Translations under genes and position numbers: made by a program
NCBI RefSeq assembly: GCF_006345805.1
Contig: NC_043002.1
Location: forward strand, 19,406,001-19,470,000
Direction: 5' to 3'
DNA: 64,000 nucleotides
Source: Octopus sinensis
Taxonomy: Eukaryota
In this document: positions 1 to 11,375 of the stretch, in pieces
Position numbering within the stretch: position 1 is the stretch's first letter
Layout: every line of letters starts with the position of its first letter
The notes under the pieces: generated by a model
Told to the model about the DNA's origin: nothing
Database searches by the model: none
Seen by the model: the letters and a program-made list of their open reading frames with translations, nothing else

Positions 1-60
1 TTAATACATATATACCGCAATCTTATACAATTACCCGCCGTATAACAAATATACACACAC

Positions 61-120
<60 letters not shown>

Positions 121-779
121 CATGAAAGAAAGGAAGATTTAAGAAGTGGACAATAGAAATAAACCGTATGAAGACAACATACACAAAGACTTCGGCCTGA
201 GGAACAGATAAATACAGAGGAAAAAGAGAGATAAAGCAAGTAGGAGAAAGAAAGAAGGAGAGAGCACCTTTGTGGGACGAAGAATAATGAATTAAAACCT
301 CCCCTGGTTGTCAAAACAAGAGAAGAAAATAGGTTTGCAAAGCCATGAGACGGCATAAGTTGAATATGCGCGCCATCTCTGAGAGACGGATTAGTTGCAA
401 TAATCTTTAAAATGATTGTTTTACTCTGCAACCTGACTGAATAATTAAAAGAAAAAATAATAATAATAAAAGACCAGAGTGAGAAGTAGACGGAAATAGA
501 ACATTTGAAATTGACTGAACTATAAATATATATATATATATGTATATATACACAAACAAGACATTTGACAAACAAACAAGCATGATCTCATATGGAGGTG
601 AGTATCTCTATTTCTCTCTCTGTCTCTACCTTTCTTTCTATCTGTACTTGTGTGTGTATGTACTTATGTATGTGTTCTTAATGTGTGCATATATATATAT
701 GTATATATATCGTGTATGTATGTTAGTATATATATATATATATTTTTTCTTTTACACGTTTCAGTCATTTTACTGTGGC

Positions 780-996
780 CATATATATATATATATATAC
801 ACCACACACACACACACACACATATATATACACACCACACACACACACACACATATATACACACCACACACACACATATATATATATATACACACACCAC
901 ACACACACATATATATATATACACCACACACACATATACACACCACACACACATATATATACACACCACACACATATATATTATATATATATACAC

Positions 997-1045
<49 letters not shown>

Positions 1046-1117
1046 CACACACACACATATATATACACCACACACACACACACATATATATATATACACC
1101 ACACTCGCCACACACAC
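780..1117. repeat. Higher-order compound microsatellite: (TA)n-CACCA-(CA)n unit, about 14 copies
   Basis: Repeated atatatacaccacacacacacac units of variable length; source of several spurious ORFs. Confidence 0.9.
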
Positions 1118-1435
1118 AGATAAAACATACTCAGTACATAGAGTTAGTAATAATGAGAGCAGGTAATGTTTACACCTAATTTTTCATGTTAGCATACTTT
1201 TTTTTCTCTTTCTAAATCGTGGTAATGAAAAAGTGATATGAAACTAGAAATAGTTTGATGAGGGCATTGGTTCGATATTCTAGGCCTTTGAGTCACTGCA
1301 ACTCCGATAAAATCGAAATACTATGCTTTATATAATGAGTTCTATTTCTCCCGTTTTTTTTTTACTTAGCCATCTTCAAATTTATTTACATGTCTATTTA
1401 CCTAAATGCCTAACCATTATCTATCTATCTATCTA

Positions 1436-1471
<36 letters not shown>

Positions 1472-4400
1472 CATGTCTGTCTGTCTGTCTGTCTATTTAT
1501 CTATCTGTCTATCTATCTAAACATCTATTTATAACATCTTTACCAGCATGCCTATTTAAATCAGCATATCTATCTATTTCAATCAATCATTGTGTGTGTG
1601 TGTGTACACACACACACACATATATATATATATACATATATATATATCTTACGGAGATGTACTTGCATAGCGAGTGACTTGGTCTGAGATCGTGATATAT
1701 ATATATATATTACATACACACACCAGTTTATTTGTCGATGCCTGTCTCAGTTTGTCTCTTGTTTATAATGTCCACCTGTATGTAATGTCTCCACCTGTAT
1801 GTAATGTCTCCATTTATATCCACCTGTCAGTTTTGTCTGCATGTTTGTTGCTACCGAACTGTTTATATCGGTAACCCCTAACTCGATCGCCCAACTTGCT
1901 AGAAATAGCGGTCAAATCTCACTCACATTACACCTAACATCTCAAATACAGAGCGAACACATTGTTTAGTACTACTACATATCCTCCAAACAGCTGGATT
2001 GTCACAGCTGGGATGCCTTCAGTCATAAGGCTGCTCGATTGAGCTTGGCCTGGTATTAAACAACAGCAATAACATATTTTTCAGCGTGTTTGTTCCTCGT
2101 GATATTGCAATAACACATCCTAACCCCAATAATGTACTAAGAAAAATAAATAAATCAGAGCTTAATTACTCAGAGTAATTAAGTAATGAATGTTTGTTTA
2201 CTGTCTGCATACTCTGTACACGCCCGTGCGTGTAACCCTCGGCTATCATGTAGGCGTGATGTCGGAGTACGCGCGTGTGTACTATGTATAGAAACGTATG
2301 TTGTAAACCCACTACTGATCGATGTTTTTTAAGAATGATTATTTCTTCCTTCCTCCATTCAGACCTTTTCATAACAGAATTTGTTAAATACAGAATAAAA
2401 TATTTTGCAGTATTTTATTACGTTACTTTACATTCTACGTTCAGATCCCGCCTGGGTCCACTTAAGCCTTTTATCCTTCCGGGATTAAGAAAATAAATGT
2501 CAATTATGAACTGGGCCCACTGTAACTGACCATAGCCTCTCTGCAAAATTGCACATGATTTTCTTGCTTTGGCTTTTTGCCAATGCAAAAATCATGTGAA
2601 TCTGCAGAATCTGTTGAGCAGTGGGCAAAATACTTTGCGGTATTTAGTCGCGTCTTTTTACATCTTGAGTTCAAATCCCGCCAGTGATACAATAGATGCC
2701 AGTCAAATGCTGGAGCTCACTGAATCGATCATTCTCAATAAATTTGACGATGAGGAGGTGAACAATGGTAGAATGCTTGATTAATTCTTTATATTTGGTT
2801 TTGCTCCTCAGAGCGCTTAAATAAGTACCAGTTACGTCCTAGCGTTGATTCGATTGAATGTACCAGGTTTGTAAAATGTGGCCATGTTCTAGACACGAGA
2901 AATTATTTTGTGTTTATTGCTGTTTTAGACAGACACACACACAGGGAAATCTATATGCACCTATACATATATTTTACGATCATAACATGCACACACAAAT
3001 GGTTATAAGGATTTCTTTTGATGAAAGCACAAAACCAATTTTATAAGTATAGACACCAGATTATTACGAGTCCCTATATTATTGAATCTAGTAAAATTTT
3101 AATTTAAAACTGGGAGGTCCTACACTAGATTCAACGTCGAGAAGATAATTTGAAAAAAAAAAAATTCTGGAATTGCAAGGAAATAAGAGATTGCAGGGTT
3201 CATTACTTTCCCCAAAGGAATTAGCAGCATAAATAAAATACAGTTTTTTTTAGCTGGGAACTGAACTCCACATGTGTGATTTGAGTTTATAATGACAGAA
3301 CTATCATTATAAGGATCTGAATTGGCAGAATCGTTTGTAGCAAATAAACCACCTTTTTATGTTCTGAATGAAATCCAACTTGAGTCATCTTTGCCTTTCA
3401 TTTCTCCAGGATCAATAAAAAGTCAAATACTAAAGGCAATACAATCCACTATTCTCTTCTCCAAAACTTCATGCCTTTTGCCTGCTGCAGTTAAAAAGAC
3501 AATAAAGGTAACCAAGATTTAATGCCGAACTTGCTATAACATTGTAGTTGCTTAGTCCAAATGATTCCTGATCAAGCAGACCTATTGTTCAGTCATTCAG
3601 CTGTGATCCTTTTATTTTTGTTTATGGTTTAATGTAACCAAATGTACATTGTCTTAGCTATTTGTATCTCGTTTCCTTTTTAAGACAGTAGAGCATAATT
3701 CAAGGGAGATTTAATTGCTATTTCCTGCAGGTCATGCAGACATGTAAAAGTCAACCTCCTTTGTTGCTATATTTCATCTTGTTAGATATCCAGCTGTTTT
3801 GGTTTCTAATCTTTGCTGGATCAAATCTACCTTTAATGTCTTTAAGTTTGACAAAATAAGTGCTGATAAGATTTTGATATAGAATCAGTTGACTATAAAT
3901 TTCTGGTTTCAGTGGAGCAGTATTTTCTTTATGGAACTTTATTCTGAAGGGAATAAAGATCGCTCCATCAAACTTGCCCAAGGCACAGTCCTTATGCAAC
4001 TTCTTCCCCAGATATTTCAACTACAAAACCAATCTGAGTATGAGCCATTGTACAACTTCCATTTGAATGACAACATTGAATTTCTCTTGGGGGAACAACA
4101 TCAATAAACCTTACAGGTAGTTTACCTTGATGCTAGTCAACATAATGTAATGGTAAGATCAATAATATCTAACACAGGTACAAGGCCACATATTTTTGAA
4201 AAAAAATACAGTCAATTAATTTGATCCCAGCACTTAACTAGTATTTATGTCATCAACCTCAGAGGTATAGAAAGGCAAAGTCAGCCATGGTAGGGTTTTA
4301 ACTTAAAAAGTAAAGGGATGATTTAAATACTGCAAGGTATTATATTTTAGTACACTGTCAGGTCAGCTATTTCGCTGCTCTCTAATGCTTGTTTCTAACA

Positions 4401-4657
4401 TAGACACAAAACCCAGCAATTTTATGGTAGTGGGCAGGGGATGGGGGTTGTCAGTACATTGACCCTAGTACTTGATTAGTACTTTATATTATTGACCTGG
4501 GGAGATGAAAGGCAAAGTTGACTTTGGCATTATTTGAACTTGGGAGATAAAGATTCAAAAGAAATATTTTAAGGCATTTTTTCATTGCTCTAATGATTCT
4601 GCCAATGATAATGATGTTTCTAACATTGGCCCTTGAATTTGTTTGCTGCTCTACGAA

Positions 4658-4709
4658 TTTTTATACATAGAACTAATGACAACATTTTTGTACATAGAAC
4701 TAATGACAA
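4658..4709. repeat. Short tandem duplication (tacatagaactaatgacaa x2)
   Basis: Seen directly. Confidence 0.8.
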
Positions 4710-6669
4710 AACTAAACAACACATATTTGTATATTACCATTTCTACCTTGCACCAAAGGGGTAACCTCTTTGACATCTCTCAACCTGCTTAGAATAACAG
4801 CCAAATTTCCCTCTGGAGACAATAATAGCCTGATGATGATTGAAATGCTTTTCATTATAGTTCTGCTTGATCAAGGCTGAGTTAGGGCTAAAAAAAACAA
4901 AATAATAATTTCAACACAATATACACACACAACACACATCTAATAAGAGTCAACAAGGTATCCTCTGTATGATCATTTGGCCTGCTTGAAATAGCAGTCA
5001 CATTTCCCTCAAATCACAAAAGGAAAGACACATTGAATAATGCAGTATAAACATGCTGAAAAGAAAAAAAAATGGTCATGCTAGAATGCTTTTGCTTGAT
5101 CACAGTTGACCTTCGACTAAACAACAATCACTACCATTTCCACCCATTGCTTAGTACACACAAAAAATAAACACATACAAACATGCAACTGAAAGTAGGT
5201 AAAAGTATTGCATATCTATATACTGTGGGAACATAGCCTTATTCAAAGCTGATTATAACATGATTTGAGAAAAAACATGTGTACACACAGGGTGTAAGAC
5301 AATATTATAGTGATAATCACTGTTGTTAAGATTAGTATAAGGCTAAAACTTTTAGAGGAAGGTACACTCAATTAGACTGATCCTACAAATAACTGAATTT
5401 AAAGGTATGTCTGGGAATTTCAGCATTTAGGCTGGCCATATGTAGACTAGATAGTGTTGGGAAAGATAAGATAGAAAGATTGGACAAAATCACTGGCATT
5501 GCAACACACGAGTATACTAGAACTGAAAACAAGGTACAAAAAAAGGATGAGAAGTATAAAAGACCTCTGTTATAATACTGTAACTAAGTGGTTGTTAAAA
5601 GCAAGACAGATATCATAGCAGCAGTATATAAATTGTAGGAATAATAGCTCACAAATTAAATACTTAACTAAAATTGAGACTAAAAATGCCTTCAAATCAA
5701 AATTGGGTCAGATATCTCCAGAAACTGATTTTAACTGATAGCTAGAATATTAAGAATACATATCAGCCTTGAACTCATTAGTTCATTGATGCTTATTTTT
5801 ATTGACAATGTAAGGATGAAAGTCAAATTTTGAACTTGGTGGAATTTGAACTCAGAACTTAAAGGAATGCTTCTAAATATTGATTTCACATTTTGGCACA
5901 AGGCTAATAATTTCAGAGTATGATTAAGTCGATTACATCCAACCCCTGTGCTCAACAGGTACTTACTTTATTGACCCTGAGAGGATCAAGGTAAAGTTGA
6001 CCTCGGCAAAATTTGAACTCAGAACAGAGATACAAAGCATTTTGCCAAGCATGCTAATGCTTCTGCCAACTTGCCGACTTAATGCTTCTATGTATTAAAT
6101 CCAGTATTGTATGCTCTATTACTTGATATTATAATGGTAAAATTATGATGACAGTGAGGAAATAATTATTACAATTTAGAATTAGTTTATAAGCAATAAT
6201 AAATCTCTGAACGAGATTAACCACCCTTAGTGGTTAGCCACATTTAAGTGGCAAATATACTTCACAATTAGTTTATATTTATCTTATAAATCTTTTTTTT
6301 TCTTCAATAAAAATGATCAAAAAATATTTGTTAGCCTTAGTTTGGTTTCAAAATACATTTGTAAATATAAGTATCCTGTGTCATAATAACTTGAGATCAA
6401 AACAGCCTTCCTCTTTCCTCCAAGATATATCAAGTCACCTTATCTCTCTGTCTATCAGTGAAGACTTATAACAGGCCAAGTTGACAGTCTGCTAACTGTA
6501 GACCAGAACACTGTCAGTTCATTTCATATCAGCAAAACTGTACTGTCTTTGGCCTAAGTACACAAAAGTTAAGTTAGTACTTGTATATTTTATGCGGATA
6601 GTATTAAAAGGCTAATTATTTTTATTGTAAAGAATGAACAATATCATAGAAGATATTGAGTGCTGAGAG

Positions 6670-7594
6670 ATATTGTCCAGGGGGTATTTTGTTTGGGGTG
6701 GATTTTGTCCTCAGGAGAATTTTGTTGTAGTACTTTCTAGACAGATGCAAACTGTAAGTGTGGATGTACCATAGCTATTTATAAGTGAGACAAAGAAAGT
6801 GTTAGTCAAGTGCTCCTATCAATTATAACAGTTAGTATATAGCAATAACTCTGAATATGTTTTAGTCTTATTAGAACCCCACAGCAAAGCATAAACTTAA
6901 CTGTATATACCAAAGTAGTGACGAGAAAATCACTAAGCAGATGTACATTATTGTATATAAGTAAACATTTAGTGTGAGATATTATTCAGACACACCATCT
7001 GCATAAAACATTAGTTGAGTCTGTGTAAATATATTTAATGCTAATTAGAAATATTTTTGCAGTGAAGAAAGGACAGCTTTAGCTCAATGACTAATATTTT
7101 TAAAATCATTCTAGTAAATACTGTTAGTCTTTCTAACATAGATTTGAAATGCCTCATATTGTAAGCAGTCAAGCATAGTATAATTAGTAAATGTTTAGTT
7201 ATTTTGCAGGGCTGGGTTCATTCTTTATAGACATTCTTAATACTCTAGCTATATATAAAAACATGCTTCTGGAGGTATTCTGTCCCAATTTCCATTTGGT
7301 GGCATTTTGAGAGCTAATCTTAGTCAACAATTTAATTTATTAACAATTATATCCACAATTCATAATTAGAATGACATTGAAGAGTAGTGTGAAAGGCCAA
7401 ATCTGGCGTATTTGAACACCTAACAGGTAGAATACTTGAGCTGGATATGGTCAGTTTAAATGCTAAAGGGTTAAGGCTTATAAATAGCTATGGTAAATCC
7501 ACACTTAGAGTTTCCATCTGTCTAGAAGATACTAGGACAAAATTCCCCACCAAGGACAAAATCCACCCCTGACAAAATTCCCCCTGAACAAAAT
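6670..7594. repeat. Inverted duplication, arms 6670-6785 and 7477-7594 (roughly 80% identity)
   Basis: The left arm (MITE end ggattttgtcc plus unique flank ttctagacagatg...atagctatttataag) is the reverse complement of 7477-7594. Confidence 0.8.
7240..7470 (-). mobile_element. piggyBac-type MITE, degenerate copy of the 30755-30969 family
   Basis: Ends aaatgctaaaggg followed by TTAA (7471-7474); interior is the reverse complement of the 30.8-kb copy; left end poorly defined. Confidence 0.55.
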
Positions 7595-7741
7595 CCCTTA
7601 ACAGTCAATATTCCCTGGGATGTTGTGCTTTCCTTACAATAAAATATTTTTGGAAAGTGAAATTTTATTAAAAAAATTTTTAATATTTATTAGTTGATAT
7701 TTATGTTTAAAATTTGTCCGGTAGGATTTTGTCCTGACACC
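7528..7741. mobile_element. MITE with repetitive ggacaaaat(t)cccc subterminal motifs (superfamily uncertain, possibly MULE/foldback type)
   Basis: Left end gatactaggacaaaattc, right end ggattttgtcctgacacc (imperfect TIR); four tandem gacaaaat motifs; no TSD found. Confidence 0.55.
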
Positions 7742-7743
7742 AT

Positions 7744-7935
7744 TTTGAATCCCCATCTTGTTCAGAATATCAGTCTGTTGGAAGCCGTCCAGAGATGTGC
7801 AACCACATAAATACCCTGTTTCAGTCAACTACCATATCTTGAATGACTTCTCAGGGCATAGACACACTAAATCTTCAACATCTAGGTGCTGACTAGGTAG
7901 AAACTCTCAACATTATCTACCATCTTTACAATAAC
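7744..7935 (+). mobile_element. Decayed CR1-clade LINE ORF2 C-terminal fragment
   Basis: Translates LNPHLVQNISLLEAVQRCAT, similar to the CR1 motif WNPH...LLEAVQRRATK; stops follow. Confidence 0.65.
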
Positions 7936-8302
7936 TTTAGCCACCTTTTAAAGTTCAATCTTTCTTCCATTTGTGGACATGCTTATAAAACAAAACACAG
8001 CACAGCACCCATGGCTTTCAAAAACAATTTTTAATGTTCAGAATATTTGAAGCATAGCATAAATTACCTGCATTGGTTATTAGCTGTCATGGCACTGTAT
8101 CCTCCAAAAATGATTTGGTTACTGAAATTTGCAAACACTACTCTTTATGTACCTATACACTCATTACTTTTTATGGCTCTTTCACTATTCACTTTTCTGA
8201 CTTCTTATTGCTGCATTCTGTCTCCTCTTTACTCTTTCCTGGTGAGTTGTAATCCATTTCTGCCCTGCATACAATGATCTCATTGTTTGTTTTGTTATTG
8301 TG

Positions 8303-8460
8303 TCTAATGCAACATTATCATTTCAAATGCAATGTTATCATTTCAAATGTAATGTTATCATTTCAAATGCAACATTATCCTTTCTAATGCAACGTTATAA
8401 TTTCAAATGCAACATTATCATTTCTAATGCAACATTATCATACCTAATGCAATGTTATGT
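8303..8460. repeat. 20-bp minisatellite (ttc[a/t]aatgcaa[ca/tg]ttatcat) x8
   Basis: Eight tandem units seen directly, ending ~50 nt upstream of the putative acceptor. Confidence 0.9.
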
Positions 8461-8509
8461 TTTAATACAATATTGTCACATCTGAAAAAACTCTTTTTTT
8501 ATTTTGTAG

Positions 8510-8713
8510 ATGCTGCAAATATTTGTCAAAATTCAGTCATTGGACATGAAAGCTGCACTTTACTCTAATGCAATTTACCTATCCACCCTGAAATTGATTT
8601 AGTCTTTCTGTGATAAAAAGTTGTGTTAAAAAAAAACCAAAACAAAAAAATAACAGTAAAAGAACCAAAACTTTTCCCATTTTCTTTCACTGTAATAAAA
8701 AAAAAAAGCGAAA
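8510..8713 (+). other. Probable 5' UTR part of the same exon (acceptor ctctttttttattttgtAG at 8508-8509)
   Basis: Long polypyrimidine tract plus TAG ~200 nt upstream of the ATG; no transcript data. Confidence 0.4.
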
Positions 8714-9030
8714 ATGTGCCCCCTTAAATTCAAGGAGAAAAATAAGATTTCACCTGAAGAGCAACTGCAAACCCAAAGACTAAATCGAGATATGGGTTAT
8801 TTTTACCTGTTTGTGGCCAGTATTGTGGCCATCGCCTGGCTACTTGGTGCATTTGGTTTTTCCTTTATATGGACGTTGGGTCTAATTGGAATTCTGTTTA
8901 GCATTTGGAAAACTAAACTGTTTAACCTGATACGTAAGATATCCAGCTTGGAACAACTTGCTGTGCACAGGAAACGTGCATTACGTCAAAATGAGACAGC
9001 TGAATGGCTTAACTTTCTTTTCAATCGTTG
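8714..9030 (+). CDS. First coding exon of a membrane-anchored SMP-domain protein (extended synaptotagmin/tricalbin-like)
   Basis: ATG in gaaaATGt context with an in-frame TAA at 8696-8698. The 105 codons encode a hydrophobic hairpin (YFYLFVASIVAIAWLLGAFGFSFIWTLGLIGILFSIW), a basic linker, then ETAEWLNFLFNRW, which matches the E-x-x-EWLN-x4-W start of SMP domains. Ends at a canonical donor TG|GTAAGT (phase 2). Confidence 0.8.
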
Positions 9031-9329
9031 GTAAGTGTTTAATTTATTGATAATCAAAACTAATCATTCAAGTTTGATAACACTTAAAGGCATGCATCAG
9101 TTTATATATAACAGAGAGCAGTTGCCATTTTTTCTATACCCACCATCTCTGATAAGCATACTTTATTAGGTAATTGTTTGTTTACCTAATATCCAGTATG
9201 ATATTGATTTATAAGATTGGCTGTAATGAATCTATAATACTGTATACTTTGATTTATATACCCACTCGTTAGACAAACATATGAGTTTCTATTATTTTCT
9301 GATTTATGGATTCTTAGATGACATATGCT

Positions 9330-10430
9330 CTATGCTTATCTCTCGCTCCCCACTCCAGCAGCCCAACACCACTCTGTCATCTCTCTTCCCTGTCTTCTCC
9401 CTGCCAATTGTATCATTGCTATCATGTCACCCCATCCCATATACTCAGTAAGATGATTTGCAGCAGCGAAATTGACGAGTCTTTCACCATTGGCGCATTG
9501 GTTGCCAATCACCTCCCTCCGACAAGCCATCCTAAGGAGCCGTCTGCATTGGCTGGGTCATGCCTTCCGTCGTCAACCAGGAGGATTCATCTACGAAGCA
9601 ATTGCCCCAGCTCCCCTTCAGGGTTGGCAAAAGCGATGTGGTGGACAACGAAAAACCTGGCTGATGACAGTCAAGGCTGATCTGGAACTCAACCTAGGCC
9701 CCCATATCTACGGCATTCGCCGCTGGAATAAGGAGTGGTTGGAGATCACACAGTCATTAGCCCTCAAATCCCCAGGTCTGGTCAGCGTTTGTGGGAGATG
9801 CAGCATTGAGGATGAATGAAGCCAGCTCAACCCACCCCGGGTGAATGCTGTCTCAAGACAAGAAGATCCCATATACTCGTGTTTCACCACTCACTGCATT
9901 CTCCCTTTCTCTCCCCTCTTTCCCTTTGCACTTTCCTGAACTCCCTGCTCATGCACCCTGGGCAGTCCTTTACCATTCCATTTATATTAATGTCCTTGTA
10001 CCTTGAGAGTATGTCCTGGCACATTGCCACCATCTCTCTTGCTTTCTCTTACTCTCACTCTTTCTCATCTCATTTTCCTCCAACTGGGGTAAGCATGTAT
10101 CTTCTCTACAGCTAGACACCTGTTTCTCTCCCTGTCCTACATTAACCTCTCATCACCTGGAACAAAACCACCTCCCTCAATATCACTTTCCATTTCCGTT
10201 GCGGGATCTTTGTCTTGCAAGTTACTCAGTGACTTCACTGATATTGGTGCTATATAAAAAACACCCAGTCCAATCTGTAAAGTGGCTGCCATTTGGAAGG
10301 GCATCCAATCATAAAAAAGCAGACAGTGGAGCTTGGTACAGTTCTCTGGCTTACTAGAGAACCTTCCTTTCAAACCATCCAACCTATACCAGCATGGAAG
10401 ACAGATGTATGATAAAAATTATGATGATGA
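9330..10430 (+). mobile_element. Long copy of the (GAT)n-tailed retroposon family C, interrupted by the RTE insert
   Basis: 3' end ...ggaagggcatcc...ccagcatggaagacagatg...gatgatgat; the pyrimidine-rich body 9880-10140 is the reverse complement of parts of 26080-26310. Confidence 0.7.
9447..9865 (+). mobile_element. 5'-truncated RTE-clade LINE 3' end with 13-bp target-site duplication
   Basis: ORF 9472-9819 LRSRLHWLGHAFRR...GGQRKTW matches the RTE ORF C-terminus (RLRWLGHV.R...GRPRKTW); caagacaagaag tail; identical atcccatatactc at 9434-9446 and 9866-9878. Confidence 0.9.
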
Positions 10431-11375
10431 TATACGAAACGTGTGTGTGTGTGTATACACCTATACACACAAAGTGTTTCTATAATTTATTTTTGTTATA
10501 AGATTTGATCTCAAATAGCATGAAAACAGATATTGTATTTCAGTAGAATTGCATTAGTTTGTTATTCGTAAAAGGTTTATTTTGATTAATAGGGTGGTGG
10601 ATTGGTAGAATCGGTAGATTCTAGTAGTTTGTTATATTGTTTTACAATCTAAGTTCAAATCTCACCGTGGTCAACTTTACCTTCATCTTGCTAGGGCCAG
10701 TAAAATAATTATTATTCAAGTATTGAGGTTGATATAATCCAGTTTCTTACTTAGAAAAATTTGAGATCTTGTGCCTTTGCAAGAAATCATTATTTTACAT
10801 AATGTTATTTTCAGCTTTGCATCACATTTTTCTGACCTAACAACTGATCTTTACAACCTACCCATTGATATCTGACATACTCATTGATCTCTATGGCAGT
10901 TACAGTAGCAAACACTGATGAACTAAAATAATAAAGAAATATCTACATAATTAACAGCGTGAGCATTTTATTAATTGGGAAATTACCAACAAACATGACC
11001 ACTAAAGTGTAACATATAATGTGGTAGAGGTAACAAAAGATTTTTCTGGTTGAACAAAAAACCCAGATTATATGGGATGTGTGTATAAAGACTGTTACTA
11101 CATGACAATGAAGCACATAATGAATTAGAGAATTTGAAGTAATTGTAAAGGAATGAGCTGAGAATAGGTTGTATGACTATGTAGTGTTATGAGGAAGCTT
11201 GTGTGCATTTGGGTTAAGGATTTCAATTAGAATACTAATTGAGATTTAACTGTTAAACTCATTCGTTTCATTCTTTTACTTGAGTCACTTGGCTGTGGCC
11301 ATGCTGTAACACTGCTTTCAAAGGTATTGTTCATTATATAAACCCCAGTACACATGAGGGTGAGAAGAAGAGTCG

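Noticed and set aside
121-530. TA-bounded, CpG-containing segment that might be another PLE pseudo-LTR
   Set aside because: No hammerhead core on either strand and no second copy in the window; left unclassified.
540-1179. Long ORFs in all frames (up to 208 aa), and similar ORFs at 22200-22503, 30030-30380, 35827-36518, 63210-63753
   Set aside because: These are translations of TA/CA/CT/CAT microsatellites, which lack stop codons; no protein signal.
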